NCBI GenBank assembly: GCA_008632985.1
Contig: QPGO01000072.1
Coordinates: 310,001-374,000, forward strand
Length of the DNA: 64,000 nucleotides
Direction: 5' to 3'
Source of the DNA: Psammoneis japonica
Taxonomy: Eukaryota
Program-made: the position numbers and the translations under genes
Shown: positions 50,288 through 62,659 of the stretch, in pieces
How the letters are laid out: every line of letters begins with the position of its first letter
Numbering within the stretch: the stretch's first letter is position 1
Notes under the pieces: model-generated
What the model saw: the letters and a program-made list of their open reading frames with translations, nothing else
Told to the model about the DNA's origin: nothing
Databases searched by the model: none

Positions 50288-51448
50288 TTAACTGACAAAG
50301 GCATGCTTCAACAACTCCCTCGCTGATGGCCTCTTATAAGGATCCTCCATGAGCATCTGAGATGCCATGTCATGCGCCAACCACAAGCGCTCATTTTCTT
50401 TTGTCCTCGGCGGAACATCCTTGCATTCTCCTCGTTCGCATAGCAGTCTACTGAGCATTTGGCCGGTGGCAAAAATATCAAAAGATGATACGGTAGCATG
50501 CATCAAGCGCCATCCTGTTTTAGAATCCTCGGGGGTATCCAATGTGAGGTGTGGACTTCTCGTTGTCGCGTTTGGTACGAAGATTCGAGATTGATCCCAG
50601 TCAAAGAGGTGAGCAATGCCAGTCCTATTATCATAGCGTACGTTGGTCCGACGAATGTCACCATTAATGACGTTTCGCGAATGTGCGAAATCGAGAGCTT
50701 GCAACACGGATCGCATAAACGGTGAAATCTCCGAGAGACCTTCGGGGACCACCATGTAAGGAATAAACGAGAGAATCTGTACACTGATCGCCTTTTGGTT
50801 GTAGAGCCACTTGCGTTGCTCTTTGGATACACCACTTCTATTCAAACCAACGTCGAGGATCTCATCATCCCACGTCCGAAAGGGATTGCCTATTACCCAG
50901 AAGAAAAATGTGTCAGATTGTAAATACTAATGCCTCTTAATTGTGTGATCAAACACATTGCACTCACTCATCACTTCGCAGCTCCACAAGAGTTTAGGGA
51001 TACTAGGTGTACTAGGTTGCTCATTTAAAATTCGAAACGCCTTCATCTCGTTTGCCGTGTAATAGAGAAAGTCCTGGGAGCCAATCTTCATCACATAAGA
51101 CTCGTCCCCTAGTTTCGGTATCTTGACTTCAAAGCCCAAATTTACATATCCATTCCCCAGAACAGATACTAGCTCAATGTCATAAACTAGGTCAAGATGC
51201 AATTGATCGTTGGAGTTTCCGTTTGTTGTTGTTGCTGCGACATCATGCCTGTTTTCATACATCTGCTCACTCGGAGGACACTGGAATGCTGGAACTAGAG
51301 CAAAATGCCAGAGTGCAATCAGCCAGAACGCAATCAGCACAAAGACAAGGTGCGACCATTTGAAAACTCGGTGCTGCTGTTTCTTGGACAATCGAGTTCG
51401 TCTCTTCATCGCCAACGTGTGGTTGAAATCAACACGGCTTGTCCTCAT
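50288..51448 (-). CDS. Kinase-like gene copy 3, intact, one intron (~50890-50967)
   Basis: Same motifs as copy 1. ELVSVLGNGYVNLG is encoded contiguously, so intron 1 is absent. Confidence 0.8.
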
Positions 51449-51788
51449 GGTCGCGGTGCTGCAAAATACAAAATACACAGTACATACGCCGACGAATGTG
51501 CTGTACCGGTACATACATGCATAGTCTACTGTATCATAGGTACTTCACTACGGTAGTAGCCGGATGTAGCATGCGACCGCATCGCGCGACCGCGCGATCG
51601 CATGGAATCGGTGGAGACCCGGAAGTTGAACTTCAAGGAACGCGTGAATACTGTACCGTACATCATCACCACACTCAGCGATGAGCTGAGAGCTGAGAAG
51701 CCGATCTTTTTTCTGGGGTTTGGCGGAGAGGGAATGCGAAGCAGGGCAATCGGATACTACGAACGATTACCCGTAGTGATAAAGAAAA

Positions 51789-54284
51789 ATGAGTAGGCGA
51801 CATGTTGTATTGCTTCCACTGCTGCTCTTTGTAGCGTGCTTAGTTCAAAAGGGCGTTGTTGCTCAGCGTCAGATTGTATCCTTGGGAAGCAAACTCGTAA
51901 AGCGGCGACAGGGTCGCTCGGCCCAACAAGAGTTTGTCGTACAAGGTGAGGAGGAAAAAGACTTTTGGGCTTCTTGGGTAAACGGTGTCGAGAAACAGCA
52001 TGTTGTCCTTTCCATCTTCACCATCCTTCTCGTAACCTTGATTGCAAACAAGACCGCAAGAACGGAGGAGGAGGGTGGTGGTGATGGTGAGTGCACATCA
52101 AGTATGCGTGCGGGACGGATTTGTTGATACCGGGCAATAAATGCAAGAAGAAGCGATTCTGTTGATACTCTCTAGATGTAACTGACTGTCTTTCATTCTT
52201 GTTTAAAAATTGCTACAGATGAATTTGTGGTTGAGCAAGATTTGGATGCCGCAAAGGGAATGGATCATGTCGATCTTGGATTTGAACAAATTAAAATGAC
52301 CTTGAAACAAAAGGGCAAGAACAAGCCTCCTCGTGTGATTTTGGATGGATCCATTCGCGGCAGAGCAAAGCCTGGACGTATGGTACGTTAGAGATTATTT
52401 TTTGTATGGAATCTTTCACCGTTAGGAAAAGGCAACCAATCAACTTGTTTGGATTTCCATTTTACACAATCTATATGTAGTTGGCAATCATGGGCCCATC
52501 CGGTAGTGGCAAGAGCACGCTGTTGCATGCATTGGCGGGTAAGATCAAAGAAAACAAGAAGCTGTCACTGTATGGACGTAGATACATTAATGGCAAACCG
52601 GTAAGCGGTAACAGCATGATCCCTGCCGCCATGATTGAGCAGTCGGTTAATTTCTTCCCGCACATGACGGTACGCGAGACTCTTGACTTTCGTGTGGAAT
52701 TGAAACTTGGGAAAAAGACTCCCAAGAGCGAGCGGGATGCAGTAGTGGATGAACTCTTGGATACTCTCAGTCTGACCAAGAGTGCCAACACTATTGTGGG
52801 AAACTCCAAAATCCGCGGTTTGTCGGGAGGAGAGAGGAAACGATTGTCGATTGCGGTAGAAATGATCAACTCTCCGTCGGTAGTTTTTCTGGATGAGCCG
52901 ACAAGTGGCTTGGATAGTTATCAAGCCGCCCAGGTAGTCCAAACCCTCCGAACCCTGGCTGATACCGGAAAGACCGTTGTTGCTGTGATTCACCAACCTA
53001 GTCAGCACGTCTTTCAAATGTTTGATGATTTGTTGCTTCTGTCGGAAGGAAAGCAAATGTACTATGGAGAACGCAGTGGTGTTCGCACGTACCTGGAAAG
53101 TATGGGATACACCGCGGAGCGTGAAATGGGTACAGCGGAACACGTGCTAGAGTGTGTGTCACCCGTCAATGGCGGCAGCAAGGCGGAAGCAGAATCGCAT
53201 GCCCGCATCAACGCCCTGGCCGAGAGGAATCTGAAAGCATCTCAAGAGGTTGAAATCGTCCCGGAATCCGACAAGGACGAGAAGTTACAATGTTATGTGG
53301 ACCGCAAACAAGGTCCCCAAGCAGGAGTCCTTCGACAATTCAAGCTTTTGCTTGGACGAGCTGTTCACGAAGTGTTCAGAGGAAAGGGCGCCATCATTAT
53401 CAAGATCGTTCAGCAGGTGACACTTGGCCTGATCTATGGTGGCATTTACAGTCTCGGAAACAATCAGGTATGAATACCCCGTGGCCATCGTTTTGGTTCC
53501 TACCTTGTGTTACTATCTGTTCCTTCTGCTTTTTTTTTTCATTCGCCAGGCTTCTATTCAAGATCGTTTCGGCTTGTTGTCCTTGATTGCAATCGGATCG
53601 GCCAACATGGCCATGGCCGTCACGATTCGTACCTTTCCCAAAGAAAAAGCCATTGTCTCGAACGAAATCGCCTCGCACATGTACGGTACCTTTCCGTACT
53701 TTGTCGCCAAAGCCATTTCCGAAATTCCGCTCCTCGGTGTCTTTTCTGGAATCTTTTCTTCCATTGTGTACAGGCTGACAAAATTGCAAAAGGGAAAATT
53801 CGGCACCTTTATGGGAATCGTGACACTCCATTCAATTGCGTCCGAAGCTGTCGGGCTTGTGATTGGTGCTGTGAGTGCTTCGTCGGACATTGCCTTGGCC
53901 CTGTTTCCTCCTGTGCTTGTGTTGAATATCATTTTTGATGGAAAGAATATATCCGAAGAAAGCACCCCGCGCGTGTTGCGCTGGATTCCCAAGGTGGGTT
54001 TGATTCGATGGGGATTTGAGGGACTAGCGTTGAACGAATTTGATGGATTGACTTTCGACGCTGGACCGCCACGGAGAGGACCAGTTGCGCGCACTGGAGA
54101 AGAAGCCCTGGACCGATTCGGGTTGACTGGCAAGACACTCAAAGATGTTTTTACGGCACAAACTGGGATCATCTCTGCATGCTGGCTGTTGAGCTATTTC
54201 GGACTTAGTTTGACGAGACAACGGTTCCTAGAAATGAAAGTACCAGCTGAAGATAGTGAAGCCAGAAAGGAAGAGGAAGAGTGA
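51789..54284 (+). CDS. ABCG (White-family) half transporter with N-terminal signal/TM; exons ~51789-52086, 52219-52383, 52481-53467, 53550-54284
   Basis: Walker A GPSGSGKST, signature LSGGERKR, Walker B VFLDEPTSGLD, IHQP and a C-terminal ABC2 membrane domain. GT-AG introns join in frame. Confidence 0.92.
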
Positions 54285-54433
54285 TCCCTCCGAGCACAGC
54301 AATTGCCTGAGACCTCCTGATCTCAGCGTCGTACGTTAAATAGAGAACGCATGAATAGGTTTTAGTTCACAGGCCTACTTGATAGACAGCAAACGATGAA
54401 AGCGACATCATCAGGATGTGGTCAGCATCGATA

Positions 54434-56789
54434 AGCCATGTGCACTGGTACAAAAATCACGTAGATATTCTACGTAGAAAAAATTATAAAAATTAGGGTT
54501 TGGGCCGATTTTTTTCTCCTGCTTCTACCGTGCTTCTCTGCTCCACCGACGCCTCAGGGCCCGGGATAACGAAGCGCGCATTTGCGCCCGCGGGCAAAAA
54601 GCGCCCTGCCGGGCGGAAGGCACCCGGAAAACCGCGCCCTGCTGGGCACTTCTCTTGTCTCTTGTTCGCAGGGCGCCCGGCAAGTGATGAGTGCCCACAA
54701 CACGTACAATCCTACGTGCTTTGGTAGCACTTTGACAGCGACTCCCTCCAACCGTTTCTCACATCAAAAAACACACAAGCAACCATGAGCGGCGCTCTAT
54801 GAATGCTGCTCCCGCCCCTTCCAGCGGCAAGACAACGCCTGCTCTCAGCACGGAAGAGCTGCTTGCTTCGTCCAGTGATGAAGACAATGGCGCCATCGGT
54901 CTGACGTCTTCTCGAAAAGCGCCTGTTGCCGGCACAAGCGACACGAGTGGTGTCTGGTGTCGACGGCGCTGCTGTTGTCACCAAGGTCGTCGCACCCTGT
55001 TCGAGCTTTCAGAGGCTCGGACCCTAGAATGGCAAGTTTTCAAGTGACATTGCGTGGAAAAAAGTCAGAGGATATTTTAAAGTCGTGTGTGAAGGAATAT
55101 GAGTGTGCATTCAAGAACTGGAAACTATCTGGGAAGCATGGAGAGTTTGGAGATCAAGACGATGAAGCAGGCAGGGAGTCGGCGAAGCCTTTCTCGGACT
55201 TTATTAGCAACAGCAGCTGCTTGTTGTATTTTCACGAGTTTGTTTTTTGGTTTCCTGGTGTCTTTGAGAAACCAACCGGTGAGTATTATTGTTCTGTCTG
55301 AATTGCTCTTTCATGTTTCTTCAATTAAAATCCAACTCGTCATGCGTCCTCAAATTGTATATTCGGTTCATTTTCTTGAAAGGTGAACTTCCGGAAGGAT
55401 CATACAGCGAATCTGTTGCTCGCCAATTGCCTAAATCGAGTGCCAACAATGGTAGCAATACCAAGAAGCCTCGAAAGGCATCAAACAAGGCATCCAAGGA
55501 TAGAGCGTGGCGTGACTTCAACGAATCCGATGCCGACTCTGGTGGTTTGTATGACGCACCTGACTCGCAAGAATCTACATTTCTAGAAATCTACGAGACC
55601 CAAATAGAAATCGAAAACAAAAAAGAGCAGCGTGCGTATTTCAATCGCCAGCTCAAAGAGTTTCACGACAAAATAGCGTAGCATAGAAGTAGATACAATA
55701 CGAATCATAGCATATAGGAGACTAGGCCCTAGTAGATTCAGTTCTACTAGTCCATCAGAATGTAAACTACATAGATATAATATTACATGTACAACTATAC
55801 TCAAAATCAAAACCAAAAATATGAAATTATTATCGGGTTGATTGGATTGACTTTGAGTTCATATTGTCTGAGAGTAATCTACATACTAGCAATTGCAGTA
55901 ATGCCACAGCTTTCGTGATTTTGCAAGTTTACCGTTGCATCCTCACATAGAGTATCAACTAAAATGTAAAATGTCTCTTCCTCCATGTGGTACCGGTTCT
56001 CGAATTCATGGTATGACGGAGCATTTCGACGTGGTCGTCTCATTTCACCCGCTTGAACTGATATATTGTGCTCTATCTCTTTAAAATCATCATCATCAAG
56101 ACCTTCCCTGATGAGGGCTTTGATTACTCCCTTGCTTAACTTCGTGTTGGTCCTGCGTTTGATACAACAGAACAACAGAGCTTATTGTTCACAAAAGCGG
56201 TTTCGTGGCTTTTTTTTATGAGCGTTTGTTACAGTAGTCTTCAGTGCCACGTCATCTCTACGGGCGGTGGCGGGCGCGGCGGGCGGCGGGCGCCAAATGC
56301 ATGTTGAGGCTTGATATCTTCGCGATGTCTGGCGCCCTGCCCGGCGATCGGCTGCAGGGCGCTTTCCTGCCCCGGGGCGCGAATGCGCGCTTGTTATCCC
56401 GGCGTCTCAAGGAATCGTTTTCCCCTGAAACCATTGACACTTTACATGATGACTTTTGTCTAAGTAACACGATTCTGTACGTGAACACTTCAAAATTCCA
56501 TTTTCAGAAATTCGATCAACACTTCACTGCTGTCCCACCACGGTAAACATTTTCCAATGATGGAATTTTGCCGAACGGTGGACATCGTCGTGTTTGTCAT
56601 CAAAAAGTAAGTACGCAAAGTGTCAACCGTTATGACTGAAATCGATTCCTTGAGGTCGTGGCCTATTTTTCGCAAAGCACGGGAAAAGCACGACGAACAA
56701 GATATTCTACGCGAATTTTCTACGTGAGTTTTGTACCAGAAATCGGCCCAAACCCTGTTTTTCGGGACTCATAACCCCTGCACATGGCT
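54434..56789. mobile_element. TIR element (MITE-like) with TA flanks, hosting a nested Harbinger
   Basis: AGCCATGTGCA...TGCACATGGCT termini with TA at 54432-54433 and 56790-56791. Subterminal inverted blocks CTGGTACAAAA/TTTTGTACCAG and AGGGTTTGGGCCGATTT/AAATCGGCCCAAACCCT. Confidence 0.7.
54557..56406. mobile_element. Internally deleted PIF/Harbinger-like DNA transposon
   Basis: GC-rich TIRs (GGGCCCGGGATAAC...GTTATCCCGGCGTC), 3-bp TSD TCA at 54554-54556 and 56407-56409. Convergent ORF remnants: plus-strand NWKLSGKH...LLYFHE and minus-strand FENRYHMEEETFYILVDTL, resembling a Harbinger transposase N-terminus. Confidence 0.7.
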
Positions 56790-57013
56790 TATCAGCTATT
56801 ATTTTCAGAGCTTCCGCCAGAAAGTAAAAAGTAAATAATTTTCTTCATACTCGGACATACCAATACCATAAGTCCGTCCGCGACCTTGCCGCGACACTCA
56901 AACTTCCGGCATCTTTATCTTACGGTTTTCAGTTAGAAGGGTTCTTTCGACCATCGACCATGAGATGATATCATCCGCCGTCTCCATCTAAATCTGATAG
57001 GCAACCACACATC

Positions 57014-60000
57014 ATGATGAGCTTACCATCTCCGATGAAATCAGACACAAATGGCTACTTCCACGATCAACACATGGCTCGTAGGACGCTAAGCAACAAC
57101 GATGATTCTTCGTCTGAACTTCACATCAGCACCCGTAATTTGGAACCTCTTCCTTCCAGTCGCCATTTGCACCAACAAGAACAGATCGATTCTCAGTTCA
57201 CGGTAAACAAGCTAAGGCTTTCTCAAGTTGGCTTGTGTGGGCGGGAAGAAGAACAGGATACTTTGATGAAATGCCTAAGCAGCGCTGCGGCAGCTCAAGA
57301 TGACGAAGCTAAATTCCGAGAGCTCGTACTTATCAAAGGATATTCTGGAGTTGGCAAATCCAGGTTGGCCTCAACTCTTAAAGGACACGTGAAGGAGGGA
57401 ATTTATTGTGTTGGGAAGTTTGACTTGCACCTTCGCGATGAACCATACGTTGGGGTGGCTTCAGCGTGTCGCTCAATCTGTAGACAGCTCTTGGAGCGGT
57501 CGGAGCCCGTTGGTGATTTCGCGGAATTAATCATTAATGGGATTGGACGTGATTTAGCATTGCTTCTTTCCAAAATTATCCCCGAGATTAAAATACTTGC
57601 CAACTTGAATAATGAGGAGTGTGGCGACGACTCTAACCTTGGACCAGAGTTTGGGAGCCCCGAATCGAAAGCTCAATTCAACTACGGATTTCGCATCTTC
57701 ATTAGGCTCGTGGCATCAACCTTTTCTCCCTTGGTTATGATCCTCGATGAGTGAGTACTGCAAGGGCTATCAGTGTTGACTGCCTTCTGTGCAGTACTTA
57801 TGCTACGTGACATCCACTAAAAAAGTGCCTTGATTGCTTCCTTTTATCCTCAAGCTTACAATGGGCCGACCCAGCCTCTCTCGAGCTCATGCAGGTACTA
57901 CTCTCAGATGTCGAAAACAAAAATTTTATGATAGTTGGTCTATACCGATCCAATGACGTCTACCAAGACCACCCACTCACATCAACTGTGAGTAACCTTA
58001 AAGTCAACGCCGACGAATCCAATCTCCGCGTACACGAATTATCAATCGGTGACCTCAGCGTTACCGATGTTGAGAGAATTCTTGAGGATGCTCTTTCAAT
58101 GGATCCTGGAACGACAACCGACCTAGCCCAGATTTGCTACCAGAAAACAGGCGGTAACCCCTTCTTTCTCAGAATGTTTCTCTTCAATCTACAAGCGCAA
58201 GGTCTCCTTACCTTTGAGCTTCACAGCTTTTGTTGGAAATGGGATGTATCAGACATTTCCTCTCGTTCCATGGCCACCGATAATGTGGTGGACCTCATAA
58301 CCAGAGAAATGAGAAGCTACCCAGAAGACGTTCAACTCTTCATGATAATAGCTGCATGTCTAGGCTCGTCATTTGAAAAATCACATGTCGACGTTTTGCA
58401 TCTACATTTCTCGACGGAGAACAGAGATAGCGTGTTCCCGAGAATTGATGTCATCAAAGCGCTCAATATCGCGGTGGACACGCGGTTTCTCACAAGAAAT
58501 GGGCACACGTACCGATTTGTTCATGACCAGATTCAGGCATCAGCATTCAGTCTCCTGGAGCGAGATGATCTCTGTGTTTTGAAGAGTGAAATTGGATATT
58601 GTCTCATCAAACATTTGAAACCGGATCAGTTGAGCCAATCTCTCTTTGTGGTGGTCAACTTGCTAAATGAAGGCGCTCCGCCTTCCTCACGAGGCACAAA
58701 CTTTGGTATACTGTCGGCTTCTCGATTGTGCGAGCTCAACCGCGAAGCCGCACGAAAAGCCATGTCCGTATCTGCATTTGAGAGCGCGTCCAAATATGCA
58801 GAACTGGGATTAAAGCTGGTGCCAGCACACACCAAGTTGAAGTCAGAGGAGGAAATGTTGCGTGTGGAGCTTCTCTTGATAACCGCGAAATGTCACATGT
58901 GCTTGGGTAACGCTGCTGCTGCCGAGAGTGCTTGTCGGTCTGTTCTAGATGACGAGAAAGCGTTGTTTGTTGACAAGCTACTTGCGCACGAGGTTATGGC
59001 AGACACCATGGGTAACGCTGGGGATACTCCGAGCACTGTCAAACTGTTGCTCTCCGGGCTGAAAGAAGCAGGCTGTAAATTTCCCCGTCGTCGCGCTTTG
59101 AAAGCTGGATTCGCTCTTACCGGCCTTTTCCATGCCAAACGCAAGATGGAGAAGATGTCGTATGAAGATATTTCAAAGTTGCCTTTGATGAAAGACAAGG
59201 TCCGTTTACGCGAGATGCGACTTCTTGATCGACTTGGCCATTTTAGTTACATGGCCGGAGACGGCGAAATGGCATCTCTTTCCCTCTTAAAGAGGCTAGA
59301 TCTGACTTGGAAGGAGGGTCTGTGCGAGTCTACTACTGGATGCTTTTCGTTCTTCGCTCTTCTGCTGGTAGGAGCTCTGGGGGAGATAAAGTCTGCATCC
59401 CGAATTGCACGCATTGTGCTCGAACTCGTTGCAAAAGTCCCAAAGCTTAAACGGGGTTCTGCTCGAGCAATTACTGTTGCCTTGATGGTTTTGCCGTGGA
59501 CGGAGCCTCAGCGGAAACTCGAACGATCATGTTATGATGGATACAGACAAGGATTGATAGAAGGCGATACTGAAAGCGCCGGATGGGTGAGTCCATTCAT
59601 AGTCTCTGTGCTTTTGTATCCTCTTGTCACATCTCGACTAAAGTGCCACTCCTACTGTTTATTATCATTTCGATCCATGCGTAACAGAGTATCAACTGGT
59701 TCATCGAATTTGGATTTCGCGGCGGGCGATCATTGAGATCGCTCAAGATTGATTGCGAAACATATACTCGACAACTTGCTGAGCTAAATCTTCCATTACA
59801 AGCTCTCGTCATGAGCAGTGCTCACCAAGCCGTTCTAAACTTGATGGGCGAATCCAACACTACTTTTGAAATGCAGGGTAGCGCCCTGACAAAGCCTGAA
59901 TTGATTCTCAATGATACAGAGAACCCCGCGGTTTTTGCCGCCTTTCAAATTTATCAATTTCGACTTTACCTCTTATTTCGCAATATCATTTGCGGCGCCG

Positions 60001-60470
60001 AAGCTGCAATCTCCTACGAAAAGAAGATCATGAAAGATGCTGTCGGCTATTCAGGATACGCCGACCAGGTTTTCACTATAGGTATCCTGCTGTTTTCCGC
60101 CGCACAAATGACGAAATCCCGTCGCTACGCAAAACGAGCCAGAAAGATGTGTCGCTTGATGGTTCAATGGACAAAGAAAGGATACCCAAGCGTGCATCAC
60201 ACGGCCTTGTTACAGGCAGAACGGCAGCTATGGCGGAAACAATGACGCAGCCAAAAGCATTACCTTGAATCCATTGTTCTCTCCACTCGTTCAGGGTATT
60301 TGCATGACGTCGTTTGGCTAACGAACTGTTCGCGATTCCTTCAATCCACCGAGGCAACGGGGCGAGGACGAAGCGTCTTTTCGAATCAATGAGGCCATTC
60401 GTTGCTACGATGAATGGGGAGCAGCAAAAAAGGTTGAGCTACTTCGGGAAGAGTTGCATCCATGCTATAA
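57014..60470 (+). CDS. AAA_16/STAND-type P-loop ATPase with helical-repeat C-terminus (introns ~57751-57854 and ~59587-59688; frameshifts after ~60200)
   Basis: GYSGVGKS Walker A, MILDDLQWAD Walker B across an intron, TGGNPFF, YRFVHDQIQ, and a terminal AIRCYDEWGAAKKV motif. End coordinate approximate. Confidence 0.75.
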
Positions 60471-60889
60471 TATTAGCTGTTTAATCGAGAAGTTGACGAA
60501 GCGACACGAAAACCGTACCGCACGACGAGAGTGGGAGCTGCAGCGAAGGTGAGCTTCTCCTTGAGAGCTGTATTCATGCTTTAAATTGTTGTCACGGTGT
60601 CCTCTCTAGCGAGAAGTATGATACTAACCTCGAGCCCTGGAGGGACAAGGAGGACGAAGCCTTGGGCTATTCGGGAGCCGCACAGCTGCATTTGTCCTTA
60701 CTCTGCTGTGTCATGGGAAGGCTTTGTATCCACCACTTAGTGGGCTACAATTAGCAAGTTATGAAGTTTGAAACATAAAAAGGAGACTAGTCTTTACACA
60801 ATAACAAATCATCGATTTGCGCTAAAAACACGTAGTTACCCCCACTTTGTGTGCTCTTTCCCCATAAAACACACGCACTTGCGCCTTGT

Positions 60890-61880
60890 TTAGGCATGGT
60901 AATGATAGGTCTGATCGTATCCATGAGGATTGTACGCTGCCGCCATGGCGGTGGCTTGATCGTATGCCACGTGCGGATCGGCCGCGGCATAGATATCGGG
61001 CGGTGGCGCCACGGCAGCCGCCGCCTGCGCCTTGGTGGCCATGTAGCGCTGCATTTCGTTATTGAAACGAATCTTGTCCTCGGCCGCCATGTCTTCGTAG
61101 CGCTTCTTCTCTTCGGGACCGAGGGCCCTCCAGCGTTCGCCCATGATGGTTCCCATCTCAACAAACTTGATTCCGGGAATTCCTTGAGGATTTGGGGCGC
61201 ATGTCAAAGGTAAAGAAGACAAACGAGCCCCGAGCGCGCTTGGGAGCGTTCGGGTCTTTCTGCTTCTTGGTCTTGCGGTTGATGCGGTGGTCTTCAATGA
61301 GAATCCCCTGAGCATCATGGCCTGGAGGAGGAACGTAATTCTTCATCTCCTCTTCGTACCTCTGCTTGTCCTGCTGAGCACGGGCCTCCCACGAAGCACG
61401 CTCTTCTGCCGTAAGGCACTTGTACATGGCAGAGGTGTACTTGGCAAGCTGCCCAAAGGTCATACCGGGATTTTCCCGACGAAACTGATCACGCATAGCG
61501 TTCTGGTAAAGCAGATACGCTGACATGCACCGCTTGGGAGCGTTCGGATCACGCTCCGGCTTTCCACTTCGGCGTCCGCCTCCTCCGGAGCGAGCAAAGG
61601 TCACCACAGCGTCGCCCTTCGCATCGAAGCCCGGCGGCGGAACGTAAGTTGACAACTCGGACAAGTACCGGGCCTTATCGGCTTCAGCACGCTGGACCCA
61701 AGCCTCCTTTTCTTCGGGCGGCAACTCCGAGTACATGGCGGACGTGTACTTGGCAAGCTGACCAAAGGTCATTCCGGGATTGGTAGCCTTGAAGGTCTCG
61801 CGCATGGCGTTCTGATACAAGAGGTAGGCACTCATGTTGCGCTTGGGGGCGCCGGGATCGCGGGGGGCTTTCTTGGGCAT
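60890..61880 (-). CDS. HMG-box protein with three HMG boxes (apparent frameshift near 61170-61190)
   Basis: DPGAPKRNMSAYLLY, DPNAPKRCMSAYLLY and DPNAPKRARGSFVFF...GIKFVEMGTIMGERWRAL boxes. Confidence 0.9.
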
Positions 61881-62659
61881 GATGGAAACGAGTAGTAGTA
61901 TCTATGGAAGCAAGGGAATTGTAGGGAAAGGTGTGAGAGAGTTGAGAAGGAGGGTCATTGTACTTGCCACAACAACACCGAAAGCATCAAACAGGTATTC
62001 GTGCAAAACAACGAAGTGATATCGCTTGTTGCAATCCCCCATGTTGGCATTTCGATTCAAAATGTGAGGAGCAACACACCATCGATGATCAAACATACGA
62101 CGCATAACGCGTTTGTAGAGAACATATCATTGACTCACGTTCGTAGCAACTCACTTTGCCTCTTGGTATCGTTGTGAATCGGTATGCAACGTCGTAAAGT
62201 AGAGATTGGTATGTTTTGTGCGCTCGTTCGATCGTGTCAAAACACACGCGTTCGTCGCTTTCGCCAGCTGTCCGAACGCGCTGGCCGGCATTGTTCTGAT
62301 TGAAACACATGAAAATCAATGACGAGTTTGATAGAAACTTCGATACTAACATCAATTTTTGTATAAAACCTTGTATACATAGCATAATCGAAAATTTGAA
62401 TTGTACCGGATGCTTCTGTAGAATCTACGTGGAATCCAACGGCCGTAACGATCAGAATACAAGAGGTTCGAGTTCTAAAAAAATTATGATTCGAGCTCCT
62501 CAAGTAAAGACACTGAAACAAAACCTCGTGCCAAAGAGGAAAAGAGAGAGAGAGAGAGATGACACCGTGCTGTACATACGTGCAGCACTGCATGCGGCTA
62601 GCTAGAGTGCTAGAGAGAGCACAGTGTAGACTCTAAAGTCTAAAGTGGCTTGTGCTCTC

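Noticed and set aside
60200..61200. Programmed frameshifting or pseudogenisation of the ATPase and HMG genes
   Set aside because: Several single-base losses cluster in ~1 kb across two otherwise intact genes, so local sequencing or assembly indels are more likely. Needs a read check.
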